A DNA stretch of 35,766 bases from Hydrurus foetidus (lineage: Eukaryota), in assembly GCA_900617105.1 (NCBI GenBank), contig UYFQ01000305.1, positions 1 through 35,766 on the forward strand, in the 5' to 3' direction. The notes beneath the pieces are model-generated. The model ran no database searches. It was not told the origin of the DNA and saw only the letters and a program-made list of their open reading frames with translations. This document shows, piece after piece, positions 21,513-34,607 of this stretch. Made by a program: the position numbers and the translations under genes. How positions within the stretch are numbered: the stretch's first letter is position 1; every line of letters starts with the position of its first letter.

Positions 21513-21792
21513 GAGAATTACTCAAGATAATTAAGCCGAAACCATAATCCTGTAGAATCGTCATATTTAAGAAATCTGTAGTGAGGTTTTGAACGCGTCT
21601 TGACAAATAGCCGTGCACAATGAAATACTCATACTCCATTACTATCGTTTTGTCATTACAGCTGGTGGTGATGCCCCAGCAGCTGCCGCTGCACCTGCCA
21701 AGGTCGAGAAGCCTGCAGAGGAGGAGGTTGATGCTCTTGATGGAGGCATGGACATGTTCGGAGGAGGCGGAGCCAAGACCGGAGACTACTAA
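21140..21792 (+). CDS. RPLP1: 60S acidic ribosomal protein P1; 2 exons (21140-21380, 21662-21792)
   Basis: AALCLYDGDAEITSENI.TLL.A.N..VAPYWPVLFA, Gly/Ala hinge and acidic tail EEEVDALDGGMDMFGGGGAKTGDY. Confidence 0.93.
21475..21512. repeat. (ATCT)n microsatellite in the RPLP1 intron
   Basis: About 9.5 perfect ATCT units. Confidence 0.95.
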
Positions 21793-22855
21793 ATACCTTT
21801 GAACATTTGTGTGACTCATCGCTGTAAGTTAAAGTCACCTCCTGTTGTCCGAAGTTAATGACCGACATCTTGATCAGTAATCGATGGAAATGAGGTTTCT
21901 AGACGAAAGGATTGAGAGTATCGCAAACATCCCCTCTCGTCGATTTAAATCTCATAACTTACTAGCGACAGACGAACTTGAGAGTACAGGGGTTTGTGAT
22001 GTGAGCAGGTCGTCTGAGTCAACGACTTGAAGACAAGTTTATTGAGACAACACCAGCAGTTACTGTGGAACAAATTTACCGTCCATCTCAAACGACATGA
22101 AGAACAGGATTTCTTCAGTAATAACCAAAAAAACGCGTGCGAGTATTTCAATGTGAATACAGCACTAAGTTGTACGTATTCCTGAAGCCGTCAGACATGG
22201 ATGTGATCATTGACTACACTGATAAGAAATTGGTTTACCAGTATAGTGTTGGAATACTGTTTGAATAGATCGTTCTGCTACTTTGAATCTGTTTATTTCT
22301 AAACGACGATATTATTAGTAGGATAAACTAGTGGGAGTGATACTCAATTTGTGAAGTGTGAGATGCGAGTTATGCGTCAAACCTTAGCCAATTGGAGATA
22401 ATCGTTGTGGTGCATCCTGTTTCCGATTTGGTTCCGCTGTAATTCTCCAAATTTTGTCAATTCCAAATATGATGACACGCTGCGAAATCCGTGATGATAA
22501 GAGCATACTGGATCAAAAGTTATTTAATTGGCGATTCGTGGACATCACAGTCTTCCGTTCAAATCGAAAAATCAAGCAGAAATACTCAATTTACCATCTA
22601 ATCGAATCGTTGATAACTGTGAACTGTGATCTGTGATGATATTCTTTAGCACGCTAGCGGTCGTAGCAAGGAAAATCACATTGCAAGTGGTAGAAATCTC
22701 AGCTGCGACTGCGTACCTTGTGCGGCGATGCTATCTAGTGAGTGAGATCCGATTCCTGTATTAGATTCAATAGTACTCGATTACCAGCCATTTAAACTAT
22801 CAAGAGGCAAGCACTACAGTTCTTCGATTCTTCCTGGTCAGATTGAGACGCAATC

Positions 22856-25800
22856 ATGGATGTCCAAAGAAATGCCGTTCTGGAGATTTCTAGATTGCGG
22901 CTATATCAATCTACTCTTGAAAAGTGCAAGAGATGGGCGTGCGGATCAAGCGTTATATTTATTTCTCTCTATTTCGCTCCCACCTCCGTGATGTATGACG
23001 CGCATAAAGCAGTTCTGCAGATTGTCATCCTTCTGACGGCTTTGTGCTCTGTCGGATTCATTTACTTCTTTGGGAAACCAACTACAGCTCTTACCAGGAA
23101 GCAAATGAAGCTTCTAGGAGTATCAGAAGATGACATCACATATCTTGCGGTACCTGCTACCCCAACTCCGCCAGTGGCCAACGCCAGCAGGTGCTCATAA
23201 AAACTTGACATCTCCCCGAATGCAGATCATTCATCTGCTTCTCTTATATAGATCATGCACCTGCACATGAACTTCAAAGCACAGTAATCGAATGTCGCTG
23301 TATTATTACATAGATAAGTAAGTGTCAGCGCTTAGTAATGTAATGCCACACAGCTCATAGTACGAGAGGATAAGAATACCCTGCTGTGTATGATAAACAT
23401 ACTTCCAATGAAGGAAAACTATCGGTAACTTATCGCTATGGTATGTCTCACATCCTCTACTCCTGCATACATATCTTCTACTACATAGACCCCCTGCTGT
23501 GACTCAGTCTACCAGTACCAGCAATTATGACTCGAGTTCCAGACCATCCACATCCCAGGGCGGCACCCCATCCTCATCATCCAGGACATACAGAATACCC
23601 AACGATGTCCCTCAAAGCGACCATAGGAATTTCGATATTACAAATGCCGATAAAACAGCGGGCACTTGCTGGCTGGACATTTCGAAAGACACTCAGAACA
23701 ACAGCAATAACAGTCAAAACAGACCAATGCGTTCTTCACCGCAGATGTCAGGGGGTATTATGGGATCTCAGAATAGTGGGGGGTCATATCGTGGGTTCGG
23801 GTCATCTCCATCTGGAATCTATGGTTCTGGTTCTGGAATCTATGGCTCTGGGTCCAAAGTTTTTAATGGAGACTATTCCAATGTAGAGAATTCTCCTTTT
23901 GCTTCTTCTTTTTCTTTCTCCCAAGAAAAACGCTCTTTCAAGACATTTAAATCTTATAATGTATCTCCGATGATGGACGCCACGTCACCAGGTAGTGGAT
24001 TGATTAATTTTTTGTACTTATTTATTTAATTGTATTTTTCTTTGTTTTGTGTCATTTTCTGACGCATGGAATTCTCTCTTTGTTCTCTGGATGTGTTCCT
24101 TTTTGTGAGTGAATTATTATGTTTGATTTCTTAATGTCTTTATGTCTTTTTTGATGAATGAATTTTCATGTTTTTTCTGTTTTAGGATTTTTTCCGTCTC
24201 TGTTGGGCTCAAGAGGTAACAGTGCATCCAAAGTATCGGGTGGACTTAAATTGAAACCCACCAACGCACTTTCATCATTAGGTAAGGTATTGTCGAGTCA
24301 CAACTAAACTGGACTACCGTTTTTTCGTGCTCGAAAATGACCGCTGAGAACAACGATTCTCACTCTATATTCGTCGAAATGTATTTAATTGATGTTAACG
24401 AATTATCTGTTATTTGTTGCCATCGTTTTTGTTATTGCATCGAATGGTGATCACATATCATTTATTTTATCTTGTAAATTTGACTCCATTTTTTGAATAA
24501 GATGCCGACCGAAATTAAATGGTAAATCATTCCTCCTGTGCTCCAACTCCACTCCACTCATATCTATCATGCCAACAGAAACAATCCATTCCTCTTTTTA
24601 CACACCAATATTTCCCTTTTCTCCTGCTTGATTATTTTTTAGGCATAAAGGAAATCGCAGATTCGTGGATCAATAATTGCAAACAATTATTAAACAGTCA
24701 CACCCAGAAATCACTTTTAAGGTGATAAACAAGTGTTCTTTCAAGGAAAAATAAAATACGAATTTTCGCCTTATCCGCAATTTTTTGGTTTCTTGAAAGC
24801 TAATTTGTTTAACAAAAATGTTCTGCTATGAAATGTGGTGTGGCGTATTTTACTGTACTGCGTGATAGCATCGTAATATTGGATTTATCATGGCATGACG
24901 ATATCTGCAACATCTTATACCCAACACACCTTCTTAATCTAAACATCGATCAACTTTATCGCATCTTATGTAAATAATAATTTTATCTTCTCACCATGAT
25001 AGGCACGAGAGTGCAGTGAGTTCTATACTGGCTGTGATGAAGGAGAGGGGCCTGGGAGACCATCTTGTAGCCGCTAAGAAACTGCTGGAGTTCAGAACAG
25101 AAAAGTGCGTATGTAATCACTCCAATGCAGTTTTATGTAGTCGGCACTCACAGATCTTATCTGGTGGTGTTTTTTCCTGTCATTTCCTGCTCTGTATTGT
25201 CTTTCTCTGCTTGTTCGATATTACTTACTGGGAGTTGTTCTGTATGTTCTGCAAGTGAGTCATATCATCATGACGTTGTGCCGCACTTCTCTGCACTGCA
25301 GGAGTTCCACCCCTTCATATGCGCATACGCATCAAATGCAACACCCAATGCATGATCACACTACTCCATCCATCTCATCTAACTCATCACACACACACAC
25401 ACACACACACACATATTCCACATCGAATTGTAGGGAATCTTTCGGAGCGGGGTCGGTGATGACGCGCATTGATCTGCTAACCCACATAAAAACAAGCATG
25501 AGTCCTCAACTAGTCTCTGAACTTCAGGCTATTGAAACTATTTTTCTCGTTCTTACACGAACTACGAGTTTCTCGGGATCGAGTTCTAGTTCCATCTCTT
25601 CCCCTTTAGGGGGATCGTCTTTTTCTGCCCCCGTATCCGTCCCTTTTGGGAGGATACAAGCAGCCTATCAAAGAGCAGGCGAACTTAATCTGTCCTATGA
25701 CAAGGCACATAGAATTTCAAGGTGCAGTAAAAGTGGTAAAAAGTAAAAGTATTGAACCGTTCTAGTGGTGCACGCCTCTCTGTGGCATACTAGAATCTGC

Positions 25801-28226
25801 ATCTCTCTTCTCTCTTACAGAGGCACAACATCCTCACACTCCTCGCCCTCCTAAGATAATCGATTAGTAAACAGAACGAATGTCGTCTCAACACACTCAC
25901 TGACCATTGACTGCATGCGAGATCACGACAAAATCATCGCTTCCTTTTCACATTGATTCAATATTTTGACCTTCTTAAGATGCCTCTCTCATTCCCACTA
26001 GTCTTGTTTTGTTTTGCTATCTCTTTTTTGTCTAGTCTTGTCTAGTCTAGTCTTGCCTTGTTTTACTATCTCTTATTTGTCTAGTCTTGCCTTGATATGT
26101 TTTGCTATCTCTTATTTGTCTAGTCTAGTCTTGCCTTGTTTTGTTTTGCTATCTCTTTTTTGTCTAGCCTTGCCTTGATATGTTTTGCTATCTCTTATTT
26201 GTCTAGTCTAGTCTAGTCTTGCCTTGTTTTGCTATCTCTTATTTGTCTTGCCCTTCTTCAGTTCTTCTACTTTACCCTGACTTATCTTATCTCGTGTTTC
26301 ATTGACCCTTCTTGATTTCTACTGTCTGCACTATTTCCTCTTTACTGTCTCGCGTAGTCTCCTCTCCCTTCGTCTTGTCTAGTCTGACTCGTCTACAATT
26401 TCTCCATCTTATCCATCCTTCTATTGGAACGTTTCATAGGGGTGGAGGGTACGGGTCGTCTTCTTCATTTTCATCTTCAAGATCGGAGGCACCATCTATG
26501 TCAGGTAGGAGAAAGTAATATCACCTACGACACTTCCTAATATTACTCTTTCTCTTCTTTTGCCTTTTCTTCTATTTGGCGTCGTGAATGGAGATAAGTA
26601 GAGAGCTGAAGAGCATAGCATACCATATCACATTAAATGAGATCAGATCAGATTATATAATAGAAATACATGTCATATCGTATTAGGGGGAAGCATGAGA
26701 GAGAAGTGTCGCACTGTAGCTAATCACTGTTGTTTTGCTGCTATTGCTAATGCTGACGTGAAACTGCCCTAATCAATAGTGCGATCCATGATTCTACAGT
26801 GTACACAACGCACTCCATTTTCCAGAGCCGTCAATTTTATGAAATCCGATCTCGCACATCCTATTACCCGTATGATGCCAGTCAATGTACTCTCTCCTCA
26901 CCTCCACAACATCGCACATTTCTCACCTCAACCCACTTCACTTCACCTCCATCAACCCTCTTTCTATCCCTATCGTTACCTATCATATCATCTTCTACAA
27001 CCCTCTTTCACCCCTGTCGTTTCCTATCCGTATCCTCCATTATCACATATTTTGAAGGGGATAACTCTTTGTCGGATTCAGATTTTGTGATGAGCATTTT
27101 CATGAACTATTGCGACTTCCAGGATCGTGGGTCAGATTCCAACCACAAGTAAGTCAAGTACTTAGGAAGTGGGAGTTAGTGTAGTGAGGTGGAGGATATG
27201 GAGAGAGGAGTATGGAGTTCGTATGAGATATGGAGGTGGGTAGTGAGGAAGATAGCGCTGTAAATCAACTTTAATGTTGTAGGTGACATTTAATTGAGAT
27301 GCGTGGGAACGAATTCGCTCATTGTGCTGACCAGTCTCAATATACTACAACACTACGAATGAGATTACCCTTCTCGCAATTGCTCTGTCGAGATGTATCG
27401 TATTTACATACTAAGGGTCGGTTCGGTGGAAACGGTGTTTTGAAACTCAGCATTTCCGAATCCAGAGTTTCAGGGAAAAACGGCATAAATCAAAATACTG
27501 TACCGTAAAAAGTCGAATATGCAAAACTCTGCATTTTGACGGATACAGATTTTTTTTCGGTCTGTCGAACGCAACGAAATAAACCGAAATATTCTGCATT
27601 GCAAAATTACAGTGAAATCGGTGAAATGCAGAGTTTTTCTGTGCCGCCGAACGGACCCTATTAATAACATATGCTCTTGTGATCATATCATTCTAATACA
27701 ATATTCTCCTCTTTTAATGCACAGATTCAGCGACATCCACTTCGCAACGGCAATTGCTGAGGTGGCAGAATTAGGCACCGCACACAGCAACTGTGTGGGT
27801 ATCATCAGACAGGAGTCACAACAAACAACACAATCCCCAGGGGGGATGTTCTCATCTGGCTACGGGTCAGGGGTAAAAAATATTATGTCCCCAGGGGTCC
27901 AGTCGATGGCTGCGGGGAACAACCCCCATTTCAATGTTTTCTGTGCCGATTCTAGATGTGCGGATATCTTAGTTGTCGAAGATGGACGACAGAACTGCTA
28001 TATGGCGATTATTGTGTTCCTGTTGATGTATGTGAAGAACGCAACGGAGTCGTCTTTGAGTCATTCCCGTACCGTCGGAGGGCACGGTGCGTACGTGTCA
28101 CCTGTCATACGTGCGCTGTGCTTGGAGGTGTTTCAGATGAGAGACATGAACTCTCTGCTGGACTATCTGGACACACTGGGAATGGACTGTGGTGCGGACG
28201 ATTTTGATGATCGGTACAGCCAGTAA
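22856..28226 (+). CDS. Multi-exon TMEM209-like nuclear envelope protein (exon structure only approximately resolved: ~22856-23189, 23490-23991, 24187-24281, 24643-24720, 25003-25100, 25434-25720, 26440-26504, 27059-27148, 27725-28226)
   Basis: Two N-terminal TM helices followed by LTRKQMKLLGV, a Ser/Pro-rich middle, SDSDFVMSIFMNYCD and a C-terminal PHF...GRQNCYMAIIVFLLMYVK. These resemble TMEM209 motifs (LS..Q..LLGL; TDS.IIM.VF..YLD; GRNN.F..L..FL..IK) as recalled from memory. Plus-strand GT-AG sites flank the segments. Confidence 0.62.
25386..25413. repeat. (CA)n microsatellite (intronic)
   Basis: About 13 CA units. Confidence 0.9.
25998..26255. repeat. Degenerate pentamer-based minisatellite (TCTAG/TCTTG/CCTTG/TTTTG/CTATC), intronic
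   Basis: Five or six variable 40-50 bp units of GTCTAGTCTTGCCTTG...TTTTGCTATCTCTTATTT. Confidence 0.85.
27414..27659. mobile_element. MITE-like non-autonomous DNA transposon (~246 bp, PIF/Harbinger-like TIR) in an intron
   Basis: Termini AGGGTCGGTTCGGTGG and CCGCCGAACGGACCCT are inverted (14/16 match). Both arms have homologues at 30253-30330 and 31384-31445. TSD is imperfect (TAA/TAT). Confidence 0.7.
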
Positions 28227-28689
28227 TCCAACTTTGGGGGTTGGTAGAAAAGTGTCTGTCTGTCTGAACATCTGTCTGACCTGCTATTTCTCTCTGACAC
28301 TACTTCTGTTATCGCGTGTTGTAAACACCCACAATCCAACACTGTAAGGAGTCTCGACTGCCGTGCAAGAAACACTTTCTCAGTACAGGTGACTAGAATG
28401 CGATAAAATCCAATTCGATACAATTACAGGCGACAGTAGATAGTGTCCAATATAGTCACAATTATTAAGAATTATGGTCGAAAGTCTATATCAGTGATAG
28501 TATGCTAGAAATTAAACTATGTTGGTTGCATGCTTGTAACCAAGTAAAGGAAGTCACGGCACAGGTCTTCGCGGAATGCTCAATTACGAGGGGAGCCTGT
28601 TTGCTGTGTTGGATGGTGACGCCAAGTCTTTCTGTAAGTGGTGAGCTTGACATGAAGTGAAGACGCTGTGTGGCACATGCACTTGACGT

Positions 28690-29986
28690 CTATGCGATCT
28701 CTCCTGATGACGAAATTCTGACTGGCTTGGAGGGTCTGCCAGAGTTGGATCCGACCTTCTCAATGGCTTTCACCACATCCATACCTAGTGGAAGTGATAC
28801 AGAGGAGTCAGATCTCCACTGCAGAGCTGAATGACTACAAATAATCAACGTTCCATTATTGTAAGTGAAAGTTATCGCGATTTTCTACCTTCAAGAACCT
28901 TGCCGAAGACAACGTGTTTGCCGTCCAGCCATGGGGTAGCCACTGTGGTAATGAAGAATTGTGATGACTGGGTGTTTGGTCCAGCATTTGCCATGGACAT
29001 GTAGCCTATGATTTGAAATAACGTGATTTAGGTACTGGCGTTGCGAGATATTTAACCGTCGTATGGGAGGTGTCAAGAGAATCAATCTTTCGAGTTTCGA
29101 GTTCTGTGCAAGAGGATTATTTGTTTAACGCAGCAATTGTACAGACAGTGACACCGCACCTGCTTTTGTGTGCTTCACTTTGAAGTTCTCGTCCTTGAAT
29201 TTGGCACCGTAGATTGACTCTCCACCCGTGCCTGTGCCGTGAGTGAAGTCACCACCCTGTAGAGCAAAATAGACAAACGCGTCAGCTCTCATTCGAGTAC
29301 AATAGTGTTTGATAGTCGGGACAAATACTGCCATGTTTAATTGAATCAGTGAATGGTTGACTTATCAATGGACTCAACACATCTTTCGGATTTGTGTGTC
29401 GAGGATGACGAAAGAATGCGGTAATTTGAATGTGGACCCATACGAATATGCGCGCATCAGATGATAATGCTTTTGTGAAGAACACTACATACAATTGACT
29501 CTGCATGATAAATTTTACCTGTAACATGAATTGAGGGATAATTCTGTGGAAAGAGCTGCCCTCAAAGTGGAGCGGTTTCCCTGAGGTACCGACGCCCTGA
29601 TTATCGCGTCATATATGAAAAGTATAAGATGAAGATCTACAGCTAATCAGATCCGTATCAGTGAGAGGAGTGGCCGTAATCGTTCAACACCTTCTCGCCA
29701 GTGCACAAAGCTCTGAAGTTTTCAGCTGTTTTGGGGACCGTCTCTCCGAAAAGACCGATCAAAATTCTGCCAGCGCTGACACCTCCGATCTCCATGTCGA
29801 AGAAGACCTTGTGCGTAATCTGAACTTGGATTGATATCGCAGATGCTGTAATATTAGTTGTTGGCACAGTTGTTGATATGGAGATCTACGAGGAGTGACC
29901 TGCTCAAGATCTGGGCCTGCGGCAGCGGAGAGAGCCGCACTTGCCATAGTTGCAACAAGGCATAACGTTAGGATGAAGAACTGCAT
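28690..29986 (-). CDS. PPIB: Cyclophilin-type peptidyl-prolyl isomerase with signal peptide (cyclophilin B-like); 6 exons
   Basis: Spliced product [17 protein letters not shown]...[13 protein letters not shown]...[65 protein letters not shown]...[43 protein letters not shown]...SGEIA*. Confidence 0.95.
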
Positions 29987-30252
29987 TTTCGTTGCTTTGA
30001 GGTCTGGGTGAGTTTGTGAAGCAGGTGCGAGGACAAACAACAAACATGGTCGCGCAACGTTTCGCCAAGAAGACGTCGAATTTTGAAGAACCGAACTTCT
30101 CATGGAATGATTTTCGATTTTTGATTTTTGATTTTTGGATAATACCATGTCCCTTTGGGGAGAATTTTATGGTCCGAAGCCGGAAGCCGGAAGACACCGT
30201 ACAAGCCGAGAGTAGGTCTGTCCGGCCGTCCGACACATTACTGAACTGGATT

Positions 30253-31445
30253 AGAGCCCTTCGGTAGAAACGGTGTTTTGAAATTCGGGAAAATACAGCA
30301 TAAATCGAAATACAGTGAAAAGTCGAATACCGTCGAGTGCCCTTTGTTTTGTTTTGGAATACCGTAGTAATCCGCCTTTTTTTCGCGGTCAAAATCACTG
30401 TTTTTTGGGACAAAATCACCAATATTTCAGCAAATTTCACTGATGAGAGTGTTTGCGATTTTTGGTTTTTCCGAAAATACGAAATATAATTCTTATTTTT
30501 TCAAGCCTCAAATTTCGTATTACCGAATCCTATGCGAAATTCTGTCACAATTTTCATAGATTTTTACAGAAAATCTTGATTTTTTTACAGATTATTTGTT
30601 TTCATAAATTTTGATAGTGTTGCTTCAACTAGCGAGAGGGATTTAACGAGAACCATAGAGTTTCAATTGGTTGCTGTAAAAACGTTAATATTTGGTGGGA
30701 AAAGTCAGAAACCTGAGGTGTGTTAAATCATGTTCCAAGGCAGCTATGAACGCGAAAGTAGGCGCAAAATGACTGCAGTAACGTAAATATGATGGGGGCA
30801 CTTTACTCAAATCGATATTTCATTCAGCAACATTAAATCACTATCAAACGAATAATGCCTTTGGAGGTGCATTATTCATTATTCGTCAAAAACCAATTTT
30901 TTTACGCCCTTTTCCAAAAAACGAAATCTCAAAATACGAAATATTGAAAATAAATAACTTAAACTTCGTTTCCGGAAAAACCAAAAATCGCACACACTCT
31001 ATTTGCAATAAAAAGCATTTCACGGGAAAAACTATCTCCATCAGATGTCATTTTCATGCTGATCTGATTTTATATTCGGATTCTTCGTAGTTATTTTGTC
31101 TGCAGCCGCCCTCAGATATAACCTGAAGCTCCTGCAGGTTGAGCATTTTGGCTCCGGCGGTACCATGATCGAAACTTTCACCGCAATTTACACTATGATG
31201 CGCTTCACGAAAACCTAGTAACTTCACACATCAAAAGACTCAGAATTATCTAAGCTCTCTTTAATTCGAATAAAACACCACTTTGTAACGTTTATGTGGC
31301 TGTAAATGCCAAAAATAACCGAAAATTGGGCCAAAATGGTGATCTCTTCGGAAACGGAAAACAAAACAGTAGGCACTCGACGGTACAGTGAAATCGGTGA
31401 AATTATTGGAAATGCAGAATTTTTCTATGCCGCCGAACGGACCCT
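30253..31445. mobile_element. Longer, degenerate member of the same TIR family as 27414-27659
   Basis: The left arm (TTCGGTAGAAACGGTGTTTTGAAA...GCATAAATC...AAAAGTCGAATA) and right arm (TACAGTGAAATCGGTGAAAT...GCCGCCGAACGGACCCT) match the arms of the 27.4-kb element. Confidence 0.65.
30446..31000. mobile_element. Nested MITE-like element with ~37-bp terminal inverted repeats
   Basis: AGAGTGTTTGCGATTTTTGGTTTTTCCGAAAATACGAA versus the reverse complement of TTCGTTTCCGGAAAAACCAAAAATCGCACACACTCT; AT-rich, non-coding interior. Confidence 0.7.
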
Positions 31446-31510
31446 CTTGGTAAAACCGTTCCTTTAGGGATAACTGATCCCGGTACTGAACTGGTAGGTT
31501 GCTAGTGATT

Positions 31511-31847
31511 CGTTGAGAATACACCTTGTGAAATGCAAGCCTAGCCAGAGCAGCAGAAAAGTCAACTAGTGTAGGTATAATGACGTGATGTCATATAGTC
31601 TCTTTTAATAAGAAGTGGTTAGCATGTCAAAACATCCACTTCATCAGCTGTATACTAACTGCTAGTATGCTACTTGGTGTGATTCATCACTCCAACATTT
31701 CATTCCTGATGTGACCGCGGGTTGGTGTATAGTATCAACCGGTCTACAAGGAATCATAAAACGTATGCCTAAGCTACAACTATCCGGACTGGATATCGTT
31801 CATGATATTATCCCCAAAGGGATTCCTAGTCTACGCATATCCCAACA
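31511..31847 (-). repeat. Putative 3' LTR of the copia element (distal boundary uncertain)
   Basis: On the - strand, TAGGGGTG (PPT-like) is followed by TGTTGGGATAT at 31847. A possible inverted terminus ATTCTCAACG lies at 31511. The partner LTR is not in the window. Confidence 0.4.
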
Positions 31848-32026
31848 CACCCCTAATGTCATCGACATTCAGTCACATGGTTGTTTAGGTATCATGCAAA
31901 TTATTTATCATCACATGGTGTTAAAACGTGGTAATTATCATAACTAATATAGGTTTCTGCGTAGTTATCATCATAACCATATAGTCAAAAATCACGGTGA
32001 CTTTTTGAGTGTGAGATAAAGAGATG

Positions 32027-34344
32027 TTACTTTTGTCCCATTATTTTCTTGAACATTTTGTCGAAAATCGCACCTTGCAACGGTTTTGTAAAGTAGTCGG
32101 AAGTCATTTCCGCCGTGGGAACATAGACAATGTCCACTGCACCGTTCTTGATATAGTCCGAGATCCAGAATTTCCGGATCTCGATGAACCTGGTGGTCTC
32201 TGCGGTAGACCGACCTTTCGTGAGTAGTGTGATACAGGATTGGTTATCCTGCTCCAATCGCACTGGTTGTGGATCGTATCCTTGAAGGCGGATGAAGTCT
32301 GCGAGCCATAATGGGATGTTCATCCCGTCGGACACCGCGATGATCTCAGCCTCCGTGCTCGACTTGGAATTCAGCTTCTGGACCTTGGAACTCGTGATGA
32401 AAAATCCCACCCCTAATGTGACGCACATTCCTGAGGTTGATTTCATGTTGTCGCGATTCGCAAATGCAGCATCAATTGATACCGTGACTCTTGGTGGGAG
32501 GTCAGCTTTGAGTCGTAGGGGTACGTCACGTACGTACTTCGCATAGCTGATGACCCTGTCGAGCTTCTTGTCATCCTCGTAGGATGGTGCTTTCACTCGT
32601 TTTGAGAGTTCGCCCACCACTGTTGTGAGGCTCGGATGTGCACGCGAGCATGTCCATGCAATGGTTGCGGTGTCGGTGTGATATATTTCTGCATCCTTGG
32701 CACTCAACAGCTCACTGTCAGGGGTTCGATCAAACAGGTGAGGAGCACCTGGTGAGTGCGGAATTCCAGCGGGTTTGGTTCCGCGGTCTTTGTGAGTCTT
32801 CTCTCTTGCAGCAACAATGTCTTGGATCATCCCTGCTTGTGAAACTTTCACGTATCCTGTTTCACTGTAGTCCCAGGTCAGGCCTAGGTACGATACGATA
32901 GGCCCCTGTGTTGTCCTGAATTGGCCGTAAACTTTTAGCAGGATCTGTTCCATGGCGAGGACAGCGTCCTTGTCAACACACGTCATCTTTAAGTCGTCGA
33001 CGTAGACAACAATCGTGAATTGCTTTCCTTTGATGCTCTTGTTAAAGACGCAAAGGTCGCGCGGGTTGGCCGTGAAACCGTTGGACCGTAGGGTTCCGGC
33101 TATTTCCTCATACCACAGTTTGGCAGACTCGATACAGCCATATAGTGCCTTGTTCAGACGTACCAGAATGCTTCCATTGTGCATTCGGTACGCAGCAAAT
33201 GACTTGTCTTGTCGTACGATTTCATCCGCCACATCTTTAGTTATCATCATGTGCAGGATTTTATCCGGTTTATCCAGCGGCATTTTCGCGTTGAGGTACG
33301 CGGACCCCACATCACCCACCATAACAAACCGTTTCTCCGCTGCCGCCAGTTGCGCTACGGTGAATATTGCGGCCATGGAAGCAGTGGGTGATTCGATCTC
33401 ATCGGGCTTGTAGTCGGTTCGCACTTGCGCGCGCCCATCGACACAGAACCTGGCCTTGACCTTGTCGATCTCTCGGTTACCCTCCGAGTTGAGTGTGGGT
33501 AGGAACTTCTCCGTGACGTTCATGATCGAACGCAGGATCTTGTTTCGCTGTGGTTGTGTCAGTTGTGACATGTGCACCCCTGAGAATGTGTCCTTTGCGA
33601 GGAGCGATTTGACCTCTGACTCGATGGCGAATGCAGTCTTTTCCGGGAAGAGCTTCAGTCCCCGAGTAACTGACATCATCGACCAAACATGCGGATTGTC
33701 GATTTCTTGTGCTTGAGTTGATACTTCTTCCGCTGTTAAGTTAAGTCGGTCGATTGGTTTCTTCAGTCTGGATGACTTTTCCCTTGGTTCTATGGGTCGA
33801 GGTGTGTACTTACGTACGTTCACCGGTGCACTATCAAAAGCGTTCTCCTCCGGAATCTCTTCAACGGGCTCCGTTGGTTCCGATATTTCGCCAGAAGTTT
33901 CATGTAGGTTTTCTGTGTCTGGAACCGTATCAGTCTCACCCCGAATCTCCATTGGCGATTGTGTCGGTGGGGATTCAAAACCGATTGGTGCGGTGGGAAT
34001 TGACGGCGGAAATGGGTCCTGAATGGGTCCGCGGTCTCCGATTGGTGCCGCTGTCGGTGGTGCTGCACGAGTAATGTTTCCGACGGCATCATTGTCGACA
34101 TCATTTGTGATGTCTCGGTCGTGGAATGTGAAGATCGGGTCGATCGAGGTATGCAGCTTGTTCTTTGCCGCCCACCCATTCACGGTAGTGATAACGATGG
34201 GTGGGATCGGCAGTACCACATAGTGGTTCGCATTGATGGTCGCCCGATTGTCCAACCGAAGGAATGCATGTGTTCCTGTGCCATTCATCTTCGGCTCCAG
34301 GTAAAGGCATCCAATCGTGCGCTGGTCCATGCCATTCGACATGG
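32027..34344 (-). mobile_element. Ty1/copia pol 3' part (post-integrase SH3-like region, RT, RNase H), interrupted upstream by a gypsy insertion
   Basis: RT motifs KVKARFCVDG, GDVGSAYLNA, LNKALYGCIESAKLWY, VYVDDL and YLG. RNase H motifs DAAFA, SSTEAE, DNQSCI and SDYFTKPL. The ORF abuts the LTR at 34345. Confidence 0.95.
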
Positions 34345-34607
34345 TGTAGCCTTATGCATCCCTAGGTGGATACAATGTGTCTAGGTTAACTAGGTACAAT
34401 AGGTACAATACGCCCAGATTCCAGTTTTGGGTCTTAGTTCTACATAGAACTCCCGCCTTGTTAGGAGACTGTACATCACCTATCCTTTAACTGTAAACTA
34501 TAATCACAACGTTATCCTAACAACGTCGCTTTCCTTCGTCCCTCCGTGTCCCGCCCTCTGTCCTACCAACTTCGGTGCCATCGTCCTAGGTCCCGATCAG
34601 AGCCATA
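34345..34607 (+). repeat. Putative 5' LTR of a second gypsy family (~263 bp)
   Basis: Starts TGTAGC exactly where the copia ORF is cut. Ends GCCATA, followed by palindrome AATATCGATATT, positionally equivalent to family 1. The end is inferred because the partner LTR is outside the window. Confidence 0.65.

Noticed and set aside
25998..26255. CRISPR-like array
   Set aside because: Pentamer-derived degenerate units with no unique spacers and no cas genes.
28960..28990. Cyclophilin NTQSSQFFI variant as loss of function
   Set aside because: Catalytic Arg, Phe, Gln, Trp and His residues are intact; a minor substitution.
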